Shown here: piece after piece, positions 1 to 12,285 of the stretch | How positions within the stretch are numbered: the stretch's first letter is position 1 | Layout of the letters: each line of letters starts with the position of its first letter | From: Folioceros fuciformis | Taxonomy: Eukaryota | DNA: 64,000 nt | Assembly (NCBI GenBank): GCA_049999805.1 | Contig: JBNGIO010006224.1 | Location: forward strand, 234,361 to 298,360 | Direction of reading: 5' to 3' | Notes under the pieces: model-generated | What the model was told of the DNA's origin: nothing | What the model saw: the letters and a program-made list of their open reading frames with translations, nothing else | The model's database searches: none | Translations under genes and position numbers: made by a program

Positions 1-1937
1 GGGGTGCGCAGTGGAGTGTGGAGTGGAGTGTACGCCGGGCCAGCCCGATTCGGGCCCCAATCCGGGGGAAAGAGACGCATCAAACGCATTATGCTCTTAC
101 TGGGCGTCTCAACCTACTCGCCAAAATCCTGCTCTTCCAAGAAGTGAGTGGTGGCGGGGACAGTCCGGCGCCGGATAACGACGGCAACCCGACCTCCGCC
201 TTCCGCCTCTCCGCTTACCCTAACTCCGGCCGGGCCCCACGGACACCGCTCCCTCTATGTGGACAGAACGGTGCGACGGTACGGGGGGGCCGCGGGGACT
301 GAACACCGTTCACGGCGCTCGGGTTAAACCGTGGTCGCCATCCGTGCATCACGATCAAGCGGCCGTGCCGCCCTTTTCATCTCCCTCCTCTTCCTTCCCT
401 CCTGCCTCCTGCCCCCGGCTCAAGCCTCCCCGCCGGGCGTGAATTGCTCATTTCTGGATTGCGCGTCAAGCCATCTTGCCGCTCCCGCGCGAGCTCTTGC
501 TGGCGACCCATCTCCGGATCCGGGGCCCGGCTCCAAGCGGTTCGGTTCTCGGAGGCTTCGTCGTCCTTGTTTCGGATTGGTCGCACCAGGCCGGCCGACA
601 GCGTCCACGGTTTGCTGCGCCAAGAGAGGCTTCGAATGATAAAGGATGACGCACAAAGAGGATGGGCGGAGCGGAGGGCCGCCGACGCGGGAGCCTCATG
701 AGCCCACATGTCCGGCGAGCTTGAGAGACGCATCCGCTCCTTCCCTTGCTCTTATTCTTTTCCGCTGTGGGAGCGGCCCTGCAGGCCCTTGCTAGCTGCT
801 AGCTCTGCGTCGCGTCACCCTCCCCGTTTCTCAATTCCCTCGACGACTCCTCGCTTCGGATGTCGGTGGACCTGTCCGTTTGCCTGTACTCCCCAAGCTC
901 GAAGCAAGCTTGCCTTTTCCGCGGGTAGAATCTTCTCTTCTCTCCTGGCAGGCGGTAGGATTGTGCCTGATTCCTTGTTTCGGCCGGTTCCACAGCGGCT
1001 GATTCTCTCGCCGTGGACAACTTTTTCATCTTCTGGAGCACGGACAGCAGTCCTCTGAGTATATCTTGTGGCTTCCAGGTTCTCCATGACACTGATTGAG
1101 AAACGCCACACATGATCAAAGGGCTCGCTTCTTCTTTCACACCGTTTTCCGACGGGCTGTCCCATCCAGGAGACCTCAGCAGGTCCTCCAATTCTCTCCC
1201 TTCCGTCGTTCACCTTTGAGTCCGACGCGAATGTGCTGCAGCTCCTCCTCTCAGTCTGAGAGCTGCCGCAGTGACTTTTGCTTGGCAGCGATTGCAACAT
1301 CTCTGGAACCAGCCGGTTGGCAGCTCACACTGCTGACCACATACCAGAGACGTTTGGACGGAACTCTTCATCCACATTCTAAATATCCGGACCAAGTCTT
1401 GACGGATCACACATGGCTGGCGGTTGTAACTCGCAACACCAGTCTCAGATTGCCGTTGTGTGTTGAACCCAGTCCATCAACCGCCGTACAATTCACACGC
1501 TGAGTGCAAGGAGCACTCACCAGTCAGTATCACTGAATGAGCACTAGCGCCAGTGCTTCTGCGCCAACATTCTGCACGGAGCTGTATACTCGGAAACCAC
1601 CAAGAGCTTGCATTTGCAAGAATGAGCGTTGCTCAACTGACTCCAGGTATGTGCTCATCGATCCTTGGCCACCTCCACCAGTTTTTGTTGCCACCTATTT
1701 CGAATCTGCCGCGCGCACACCTTAAGTTGTTGCACGAGTATCAGGCTCCTTTCAAGTCCAACCAAACTTTGCACCAGTCGCTGTTGTTGACAGACAGTAT
1801 ACTGTGGATCATTTCTGTTCGAGTTCTCAAGGGCTCTGCATTGCATTGGAGCAGTTGGGTGGTGCTCGACTTCTAACTGAGCCAGTCGGGCACCAGCTAG
1901 CTCAAGCCTTCTGGCTCTAATTTCCAATGTATGTGCC

Positions 1938-4445
1938 ATGTCAGGGCTTGATCAGCTAGGATTTATCCGCATTCAACGGCACTCCAACGCCATGCAACAC
2001 TTCAGCTCGAGCAGCATGCTCTACGAGGACATTAGCTACTTATGCCGTCCTGGCGAGGTTAATTTCTCTCTTGATGAAGATGCTGTGGATTCTGGACACA
2101 GCACATCGAATCTGCTGGGTATATCGGACAGCTTTCAGCAACAACAAGTTCAGGGCTCAAGTGCGAACGGACTCACCATATCAGGAGTGTCGCCATTTTC
2201 GCTTGAGGTATCGACCGAAGAGAACATATCCTCTCAGGCTAGTAGACCAGGGAATTCGCCCCTTGGAGACCAGGTTAGCAGCGGCATACGACATCCGGCT
2301 TTGAACCAGGGAGTGGACTTCGAAGTAGACGATTCCACAGGGTCTCAGCTTCTGCAGGTTCACCTCTTGTGCTCAGGAATGCCTGTTATTGCGTTTCTCC
2401 AACTCCTCTCGTGTGATGACAGACTGACGCTCGTCATAACTGACCTACCCTCTCGTCTTGGGCATTAAAATGACATGGTTCTGGAAGCATGAGGAGTTGT
2501 CGGAATGAAGTGATGTTCCGCGCTAACGTCCAGTTCATACGCTCCGTCCAAACTCATTGCAGTGAACGTTGATCGCAGGAGATGCTCCAATCTCAATCTG
2601 GGGAGCGCACTGGTAAGCACACTGTGCATGGTGTAAGGTCCGCAACCGCGAACAATGCTTCACCTATCACTGTCCCTGGGACTGAGTGCCAGCAGGAGAG
2701 GACTGCAGCCTCGCAATGGGAAGATAGCCTTCATGTTTTTCATGAAATGCTTCTTCAACAGCAGCAGCAGCAGCAAGCAGCAGCACAGCTTCAGGAGCAC
2801 TTCTTTGGCACCAGCCCGGGTAACGCTGGATCCAATTCTTCGTCGGAACATAACCATCATCACGGCGTATCTCACAGCCCACATGTTGGTGGACCGCATG
2901 GTCCAAGGGGAGCAGTAACAGTCCCAGGTTCACAAAGCTCAGGAGGGGCTGGAAACTATCTACCTGGTAAGCTCATCTCATTTTGCTAGATTGACAAAGT
3001 TTTCGAAATCTGCTCAAGGACATCCGGAATTCTTTGTGCTTTGCTTTCATTCAGCTCAATTCCTTTGGCATTTGCTAACAGAATTATAGGTCATCTCATG
3101 CAGGCTCGAAGTTCCCCGGAGAATCAGAACTTCTAAGCCTCCTTCAGCTACCACGATGTGCTGCTTCCTCACTGCCAAACACCACATTCCCGCCCAGAAG
3201 GCCTGCAACTGGCATTCCTGGTTATCACATTCCTGGATCAGGCTGTGGAGTCGACAGTATTTATGAAACAGGTCCCACTTCAAGGCACCACCTTCAGAAT
3301 TCTCTTCAACAGCTTCAGAACCAGCCTCACAACAGTAATTTGAATGCCTCACCCGCAGTGCCGTTGGCTCACCTGTTCCAGAACTTACCCCAGGCTGGCT
3401 CCACAGGTTCAGAATCGCTGCAGCTTCATTCAAACAAGAGTTCTTTGTTGCAGAATCTTGGATTTGGCCGGCCATCAATGGGAACAGTAATTGATCTCGA
3501 TCATCAGGAGAAGGAGACTGGAATGATAGGGAGCTTGCTACAGGGCCGGGAATACGTTCATCAAGACGCAGCTAACACACAGGCCGCACGTGTCAGTGGC
3601 ATTGCAGGCTCTGGATTCAGCTTTGACTCCAGCTTATTGAAGGGGAATATGGCAAAAGGCGGGGAGCCCCGAGGGATAAATCACTTCGCCACTGAGAGGC
3701 AGCGTCGGGAGTTTTTAAACGAGAAGTATCAGACTCTGCGATCTCTCGTTCCGAACCCATCGAAGGTTATCCTTACCTCACGACATTTGTTGATTCGCTA
3801 CAAATTTAAATCTTGTACATGTATCTCATATGAGGTGGTGGGTGATACTTGTGACCCAAGCAGGCTGACAGGGCATCTATTGTGGCCGACGCTATAGAGT
3901 ACGTGAAAGAGCTCAAAAGAACGCTTCAAGAGCTCCAGCTGCTTGTGGAGGAAAAGCGACGAGGCGCAGGGAAAAGACAGAAGCGATCCGAGGATGGGAA
4001 CGCTGTCGCCGACGGATCAGAGACAACTTCCCAGCCAGACCACCAGCCACAAATGCAGATGTGTACTGATCCTGGCTCGCAGCTACGAAGCTCATGGCTA
4101 CAACGAACCTCGCAACAGGGTACCCATGTGGATGTTAGGATCGTCCACGATGAAGTGAACATAAAGCTGACTCAACGGAAGCGAAGGAAGTGCCTGCTGG
4201 ACGTGATGATGTTGCTTCACGAGCTACACCTGGACCTGCTTCATGCAGGCGGTGCTAGTGTCGGTGAACATGATATCTACATGTTCAACACAAAGGTTTG
4301 GATACCTCCTGAAACTTCATTGCGATGAATCGGCTCCCGCACAATGTCTAACACAGGCTTGCTTTGGCAGATTAGCGAAGGATCGTCATCCATCTATGCT
4401 GGCTACATTGCAGCAAAAGTGATCGAAGCAGTAGATCGAGCTTGA
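1938..4445 (+). CDS. bHLH transcription factor, subfamily II (EAT1/TIP2/bHLH10-89-91-like), 5 exons
   Basis: Basic-HLH HFATERQRREFLNEKYQTLRSLVPNPSK|ADRASIVADAIEYVKELK; ELLSLLQLPRC motif; C-terminal LRSSWLQRTS..VDVRIVHDEVNIKL ACT-like domain ending ISEGSSSIYAGYIAAKVIEAVDRA*. Exons about 1938-2357, 2579-(2914 or 2966), 3082-3765, 3864-4295, 4371-4445. The exon2/3 junction and the start ATG are uncertain. Confidence 0.9.
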
Positions 4446-4921
4446 CCACCTGTACATTTTGTAGTCATAAATTTACAATATAAACCACACCAGCTGTAGT
4501 GCGCGAAACTCGTGAACGTCGTGCCGAGCATACATTTGAGGCTCTAGTACTTTCATCAATTCTGGAGAGAACTGTTACACACGGTCTGTGACAATGGAAC
4601 CGCCGCCTGATACTTGTGCATGGAAGATTGAGTTTCTTATGTGCGACAAGTCTTCATTGTAGAAAACCAATGCCCATTGAACGAAGGAAGGATATATTTA
4701 ATAAGTGTCCAGCAATATCTACAAGAATTTTGAAAATTGTACAATAGTCATTCTCTAAAAAATCATATACAATAGTTCCTCACAAGTTCTCGAACTCTTC
4801 CTGTACCCGCCAGTCATACACGGAGTCCATCTCTCCTTGCTGACCTCCCTCACGCTGGGAATGACGCGCAAGCCTTGGTGTGTCAAAAGAACAAAACAAA
4901 GATGACGCTCAACAAAGACTT

Positions 4922-7493
4922 CTAGTCTAACTCCTCCATTTTGCTACCCTCAACGACAGCGTCCTCCTCCATCGACTGTAAACCAGGATCCGGATCCGCA
5001 GTTGCTTCGTCATCAACGCTGAGACCAAGTTTGAGCATTCGGTGAATCCGCGCGCCGAAATTGTTCGGATCCTCCAAGCTGAACCCAGAAGTAAGGAGGG
5101 CCGTGTCGTACAGGAGATGTATCAGATCTTTGAAAGACTTCTCGTTCTTGTCACCTTCAGCTCTCTTTCGAAGTTCCTCCATGATGTTATTTCCTGGATT
5201 GATCTCCATGGTCTTCTTGCTAAACATGTACCTTGACACACTTGTATCACGGAGTGCTTGGGCATTCATGATCCTCTCCATGTTAGCGCTCCATCCATAC
5301 TCTCCGGTGACAAGCACACAAGGAGAGAGAACAATGCGATCGGACACAACCACGTTTCCGACTTTGTCCCCAAGAATCTCCTTGATCGTCTTGCACAAGA
5401 CCGCAAACTTGGCCTTTTTCTGCTCCTTAGCCTTCTTCTCGTCCTCAGTTTCTTCCAGGTTCAACCCCTCTTTCGTTGCTGATACAAGCTTCTTACCATC
5501 GTATTCCTTCAAGTGCCCCAGTGCGTACTCATCAATCGTATCCACCATAAACAACACTTCATACCCCTTCTTCCTCAACTTTTCCAAAAATGGGGCGTGC
5601 TCCACAGCTTTTTTACTCTCGCCTGTGATGTAGTATATATCCTTTTGCCCCTCATTCATTCTAGTCACATAATCCTCGAGGCTGGTCAATTCATCACCAC
5701 TCTTTGAAGAGTAGTATCGGAGAAACTCCGCCAGCTTTGCTCTGTTCTGGCTATCCTCATGTACACCCAACTTCAAATTCTTGGCGAATGCTTCATAGAA
5801 CTTTGCATACTTCTCCTTGTCCTCAGCAATTTCAGAGAAGAGCTCAAGAGCCTTCTTCACCAAATGCTTTCTGATGACCTTCAAGATCCTATTCTGCTGC
5901 ACCATCTCTCTGCTGATGTTCAGTGGTAAGTCCTCAGAGTCTACAACACCTTTTATGAATCCAAGATACTCAGGAATGAGCTCCTCGCAGTTATCCATGA
6001 TGAACACCCGGCGGACATAAAGCTTGAAATTGTTCAGCTTCCTTCGAGTATCAAATAAGTCGAACGGGGCTCTACGAGGAACGAAGAAAATTACTTTGAA
6101 CTCCAGTTGCCCTTCCACTGAGAAGTGCTTTACGGCCAGGTGCTCATCCCAGTCGTTAGTGAGGCTCTTATAGAAGGCGGCATACTCTTCGTTGGTGACC
6201 TCCTCAGGTTTCCGCATCCAGATTGGTTTTTGCTTGTTGACCAGAGTCCACTCGTGTGAGACTTCTTTCACTTTCTTCTTCTTCTCCTTCTCCTTGCCCT
6301 TCTCATTAACATCCTCTAGTTCGACGTCATTTTCCTCCATCTCCTCTTCCTCCTCATCAGATATTTCATTTTCAGTAGTCTTCTTATCCCACAAAGAGAT
6401 CGGGTGGCTGATAAACTCAGAATGCTTTTTGATCAGATCTTTCAACCTCTTTTCTTCCATATAGTCCAACTATTGACACCACAATGCAACTTCTCAACAG
6501 CTTGCTGGAAAGTAGAAGCAACAGTACGCAGAGGGAACGTGCTAAGAGAAGCCTTCAAAAAAGCGTTCGTCACTCCCGTCGGATTTGTGCACTACAATCA
6601 AGAGGGCGGGAAAACGTACCTGATCTTCTTTGAGATGTAGAGTGATTTTAGTCCCCCTTCCAAGCGACTTCCCTGAGGTATCTCTTGTCACAGTGAAAGA
6701 GCCACTTGCCTGTGACTCCCAGATGTACTGGTCGTCATCGTTGTGCTTTGTGGTCACAACTACCGTCTCAGCGACCAGATACGCCGAGTAAAATCCGACT
6801 CCGAATTGTCCGATCATGCTAACATTAGCCCCTGCTTGAAGCGCTTCCATAAACTCCTTTGTTCCAGAACGGGCAATCGTCCCCAAATTGTGCACCAGAT
6901 CTGCAACACGTTAAGGTCCAATCAGCAGTGCTCGCTATAGACACCAGCACATCACATGTACAGACATTCATCAACGCCGTCATCACTAGATACTAATACG
7001 CAGTTACCAGACTTTGTCATCCCGATCCCACTGTCAATTATGCTTAATGTATTGTTGGCCTTGTCAGGCACAATGTGAATATAAAGTTCAGGGTTGGTAT
7101 CCAGCTTGCTCTTGTCCGTCAAACTCTCCAATCGGATTTTATCCAAGGCCTTCAAACTCAAGAGACAGAAATCGAAACCGTCAAACTGAACTGTGATCCA
7201 TCCAAACCACAAGTAGACATACAGCCTCTCCTGGCATGCAAATACTGTACTGAAACGAGTTCAAGTAATATCGCTCAGCTTCGACTTCCTTGGCAACAAC
7301 GCATACAGCAAACATCTCAGCCTGCACTCACGTCAGACGCGTTGCTTATCAGCTCTCGCAGAAATACATCCTTGCTGCTGTAGAAAGTGTGGATGATGAG
7401 CGACAACAGCTGATTAATCTCGGCCCGGAAGGCGAACGTCTCGGAGTCCTCCGGCATTGGAACAACCGGCTGAGCCCCTCCAACCGGGGCCAT
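4922..7493 (-). CDS. HSP90: Cytosolic HSP90, divergent paralog (4 exons)
   Basis: Exons 7493-7332, 7149-7008, 6900-6620, 6469-4922, all GT-AG. Motifs [48 protein letters not shown]; ends KMEELD. Confidence 0.95.
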
Positions 7494-7908
7494 ACCGGCA
7501 GTCCGACACGACGTTGGCCTTCAGGAAAATAGCGATTCTGAATCAGGAGAACCTTCTCGCAGGCTCTAAGCTTATCGTCTCAACAAATTCCACGACAGCG
7601 GCACCGATCGAAGCAGCCCGTTCGCGAGCAGTGGCGAGCAAGTAATACGAGACTCCGCGACAAGATGGCAGAGACGACGTGGACGAGCGACGAGTTTCCC
7701 ATCACTCAAAATCCCGTTAAACCCTAGTCAGCGAGTGGGTAACGACTCCGTTACTCTCCGGGTTGCTTCGGCTGCTCCCATATCCATTAAACGTAACACT
7801 GCCATCCGTAACGGAGACCGGTTTCGTTAATCCTTTCAACGCCAAACAAGTGGGGCGGGAGCTCTTTCTCTCGGCCATTCGCTTTCTCCATTTCCCTGCT
7901 GCTGCAAC

Positions 7909-8352
7909 ATGGAGTACGTCAAATACCAATTGGGGGTACTCCAGAAACAGCTGAATGTCTTAGGTGAAAACGATGACACCATAACCTCAATGCTTAAGGA
8001 TCAAAGGGAGGCACAGCATCATCTCATGAAAGCCATCCAGAAAAACATGCAGTTAATGCTTGAAGCAGAGCAGCATTTGCTGTACAGAATGGATATGGTA
8101 GAAAAACGAGCTAAAGCAAGATTAATAAATGCATCAAGGGAGATCAATCAACGTCTAGAACCATTGCCTGACGATAAAGGCCAATACCCAGATAGATTTC
8201 CATCCACTCCTGCTGTGCTTGCAAACCTTGACATTCCTACTGTAACAGCATTACTAGCATTCTATGGCTTGGATCCTACTGGGTCTCATACAACAAGACG
8301 AGATCGCCTGTCCAAGCATATAGGAGTTCTTGGTACAACTTCATGCCATTAG
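7909..8352 (+). CDS. Intronless 147-aa coiled-coil protein with Mug135-like (DUF1773) C-terminal domain
   Basis: ATG-TAG ORF. Heptad-like N-half followed by ARLINA..LEPLPDDKGQYPDRFPST..LLAFYGL..RRDRLSKHIGV, which matches my recollection of the Mug135_C/DUF1773 pattern. Confidence 0.6.
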   Translation: MEYVKYQLGVLQKQLNVLGENDDTITSMLKDQREAQHHLMKAIQKNMQLMLEAEQHLLYRMDMVEKRAKARLINASREINQRLEPLPDDKGQYPDRFPSTPAVLANLDIPTVTALLAFYGLDPTGSHTTRRDRLSKHIGVLGTTSCH

Positions 8353-8566
8353 TGATATACTTTGACCCAACAAAATCACACACATTGTCAAGCCTGTCCA
8401 AGCATGTAGGAGTTCTTGGTACAACTTCATGCCATTAGTGACATACTTTGACCCAACAAAATCACACACATTGTCAAGCCTGTCCAAGCATATAGGAGTT
8501 CTTGGTACAATTTCGTGTCATTAGTGTCATACCTTGACCCAACAAAATCACACACATTATCAAGCC
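8306..8566. repeat. Tandem repeat, 3 x 86 bp, overlapping the stop of the Mug135-like ORF
   Basis: Unit gcctgtccaagcat..cacacattgtcaa starts at 8306, 8392 and 8478. Confidence 0.95.
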
Positions 8567-9704
8567 ATTGTAGGTAGAGGAACACTAGTTAGCAAGCTCA
8601 CATTCCAAAAACTGGAAAGCCATTAGTACTTCGTCAACACCCTAATGTCTTTAGCATTTGTCTGTCTCCATTACCACATGTGCCCACCAAGTGGTTAACT
8701 AGTCTACGCAATCCACTCACTTTTACCTAGTTTCTAGTTTATGGAATGAGTGCACTTGCATCTAGTTTCAAAAGGAATTGTAAGACATTGTACACTATAA
8801 CATGAAACACTTGCACTTGCATAATGGATTTCGACATTGCATCACACATTTTGGTTAAGGTTAGTGTTAACTTCCTCATACATGCTTGATCAATGCCTTT
8901 GTAACTAAGGTTTTAATCTTTTGCAGCTGAATTTATTTAAACTACTATACTTTGAAGTCTAGAAGAATCTATCATGTCTTACAACAAGCAAGCAAGTTAT
9001 ACATACTGCTAGAGCAAGCTACATATGGTTGCAGCTTTACTTATGATTTAACTCTACAACCTTAAATAACATGGTTCTTTAGTTTGGGTTTGCTTGATGT
9101 TAGCTTTACTTCCTTCTTGAGAGTTCTTCACTGTAAATGGGGATACTACATGCATTTGTGCTTCTAGTTTGTGAATTAGATCCAGTTTTCTTGAAGTATA
9201 TAATGGATAAACACACATATAATCTAGTTCCCATAGTAAATTTATCTTTCCCATCAATTTTTTTTCAAAACATGATAAAATTTGATCTTTAAACATTAAT
9301 AGCACTTTCAAACATTGATAACACCACAACATTCTCCCTTCAAATGTATCCAATTTAGTCTCAAATAAGGTTTAAATTATATTTAAATGACAACGATATG
9401 AATACTTGAAGTCTTTCATACTTGTAATTTTTAAATCCATGCTCATTTTTGCTAACGTATTTTATGTATTCTAGGTTGAGTAGTGAAATTATGAAAGACT
9501 TGCTCAACATCTTCCTTGTAGGAAGGTTGTGGAATGTACCTAAGATTGTTAACTTATAAGGTTAACCATCCTAGGCACATACTCTTCATACTAGTTCTAC
9601 TTGAATTGATGTTTATGATGTAATAAAACAAATATGTGATAGTAAAGGTTACTACACACATGCTTTACATGATGTGGTGCATAATCTAAGTTCTTTAATG
9701 TTCC

Positions 9705-10982
9705 TTGACATGTCCAGGGTTGTGGGTAATGGATACTAAACGATATCTAAACGCAAACCCGTATGACTTTCAGTTTGAGGAAGAACCTTGTAGAGAACGA
9801 AGTAACTTGGTTCGCATTGCTATTAGTGGCTCTCCAAATTTACGTCTTCTCAAGTCTAATGAGAAGTGTAGATCTTGTTTGTTGAATTTTCAAAGGAATT
9901 ATAAAGAATTATATTTCAAGGAAAACATTAATAAATCAAACATTTGCCTTAGAGACATGATATCAATACATGAAGATCATCACCGACTTCGACTACTTCG
10001 CCTTAGTATGAAAGTGGGTGATAAGTCTTCTTCAGCATTGGAGAGGAATAGCAAGAAACATACTTTAATGAAGATTGAGAACCTTGTTATGAAGAAAAAA
10101 GTACCAATTGGATCAAAGAATATACAAACCAAGGAACATTGTATGAAGAACCCTACAAATGGATTGAATGAAGGTGTGAAGAAGATAATGTCTAGAAAGG
10201 AGTTAGGCACACATGAGTGTATTGAGATGACTCCAAATGGGTTTGAGTTAGAAGAAACATATGTCATGGCACAAATTAATGAGAATGAACAACAAGGCCT
10301 TTTGATGAATCAAGAACCTGATTATGGAGTACTCACAAAAGTACCAGTGAGATTACCAATTGGATTTGAAGGGAACTTTGCATCTCTAAAACCTGTGCGA
10401 ATGGATGGTAAGACTCACAATATGCCCAATTTATGTGCATGTTTTGGTCGAAACCCAAATTTTGAATCAAATGAGAACAAATGTGTATTAGATGAGGAGC
10501 TTTTGCATGTTCACAAGACATCCATGTTGCTACCCCACAATGTAATGGATAGAGGTACTATAGTGCAACATAAACAAGTTGCTAATGATTTGGATCGAAA
10601 TATAGAACTATCTAGAGTGGTGGTGAATCACATGGAAAAGTTTATCAATTCTTGGGCTGCTTATAAGCAAATGAGGGAAGCACAAGAAAAGGAACATGCC
10701 AACATGAAACTTAGAGCCTTGTATCATTCTCCTTTAGCTGCTGCAAAACCTCAAGAGAAGGATACTTTAGCTTCCTGCAAAGAAAGGAAACGGACTAGTA
10801 TGCACATTTCCTCACCATTGAGAAAAATGGGGGTCAAAGAAAAAAGTAAAGGTCACAAATTGGACAAACAACTCTCCATAGCTGGATGTTGTTTTAGAGA
10901 GCATTTGAAAATGGGCAGGCCCGTAGAAGCTCTTCTAAACTTTGCCCAATCTCTCTCCAAGTTTTCACAACTAAGTTCCTAG
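9705..10982 (+). other. AT-rich 425-codon ORF of unknown identity (possibly terminal exon of a TE-borne or captured gene)
   Basis: Long open frame in CpG-poor DNA; candidate acceptor at about 9717 and candidate upstream small exon at about 9474-9560; no domain recognised. Confidence 0.35.
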
Positions 10983-12057
10983 AATCTCTACTTATGAAAG
11001 GAAAGGAAAGGAAATGCATAATTAGGTTCCCATATATACTTACTACATACATCTCCATGCAAGTCTTAGGGCATAGACAGTCTTTGATCGTAGCCCTAGG
11101 ACCTTGATAACCCTAAACCATTCACTCAATTGTGGGTTCTTTGACAAATTTTGTTAATACATTGTTGGATGATCTCACTATAAACCCTAGCTAGAGGATA
11201 ATCAACCTTCTTTGTAGATCATACTAAAAGTTTATCAACTCAAGTGCATTGGTAACAATCCAACTCACACTATGTGGGTTTCTTAAGTGAGATAGGGAAG
11301 CTCACTTTTCTCCATGCAAGACCATTGACCAAAGATCTTGGTTTAACAAATTAGTGGGTTCTTTTGCCTTCACTCCAAAACTTTGCACCTTGAATTCAGC
11401 TGCTGTGCCCAATGTAATGTATGGATACACATTGGGCTTGTTCTTACCATTACAAGACTCAAGACCTTTGTTCCAATCATGGTGAAATGATGTATGTAAT
11501 AATAAGAAACTTAAATAGAATCGAACTATGGGAACTTGGGTTCTGCACACATTTGAGTATTAGATGTCCTTCAAAGCTCTCCTTCCCTGCAGTCAGCAGA
11601 TCCTGTGTTTTCTAGAACTGTGCATAGGGTGCAGATGCAGGCTGTAAAGTCGAACAAGATGGACCCTTCAGAACGAAGCAAGCGATCGGACCAAGTCAAA
11701 ATCAAACACAACGAGAGTCCCAGAGGGTTCTGGATCAGCACAGGAAGACGAGTACAAACTGAATGTAACGATGAGACGAGAGAGAACATGGGAACGGGAA
11801 ACCGGGAACCGGGAACTGGACGCTCCAGTTACCTCCCTCGCACCGTACCGCGGAAGTGGGAGGAGGGAGATGCGGGAGCAGGGACTGAAGAGAGTAACGA
11901 GTTCGGGTCATATCTAGAAGCGTCCGACGGGTTCTGGACCAACCCGGGGAACGAACGAGCGATTCCCCGATCTGCGTAATTAACAGTGTGAGAGAGACGC
12001 TGGAGGCTTCCAGGCCCGGTTGCCGGCTCGGTCCGGACCTGCCCCCTCACTCTCTCT

Positions 12058-12100
12058 CTGGAAGCTGCCCGGCTTCCAGAAGGTGCTCTGTGTGGTTTAA
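12058..12100 (+). promoter_or_regulatory. Heat-shock-element-like motifs plus TATA-like box upstream of HSP90
   Basis: gGAAgcTGC..cTTCcaGAAgg followed by tttaa, about 190-230 nt upstream of the ATG at 12286. Confidence 0.45.
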
Positions 12101-12285
12101 GTGCATGCATTGCGCGGCCTCGACCTACCACTGCCTTTACTTCCACCTCGGGTTTTCGCTGTTAGGTCTGGCGGCGTTCTTCTCCTAGGCTTTCGCGGAC
12201 TGTGTTGCGGCGCGTTTGTGGTTGCGGCCTCGGCTTCTTGCTTGCGCTTCCGTTGTCAGGGGCTGTGTTCGGAAGAGGCTACAGC

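Noticed and set aside
1553-1876. ORF upstream of the bHLH as a SAC51-type conserved peptide uORF
   Set aside because: Only a weak IISVRV resemblance, and the bHLH belongs to a different subfamily.
8306-8566. Tandem repeats (also 27230-27344 and 49721-49834) as CRISPR-like arrays
   Set aside because: No unique spacers, no cas genes, eukaryotic context.
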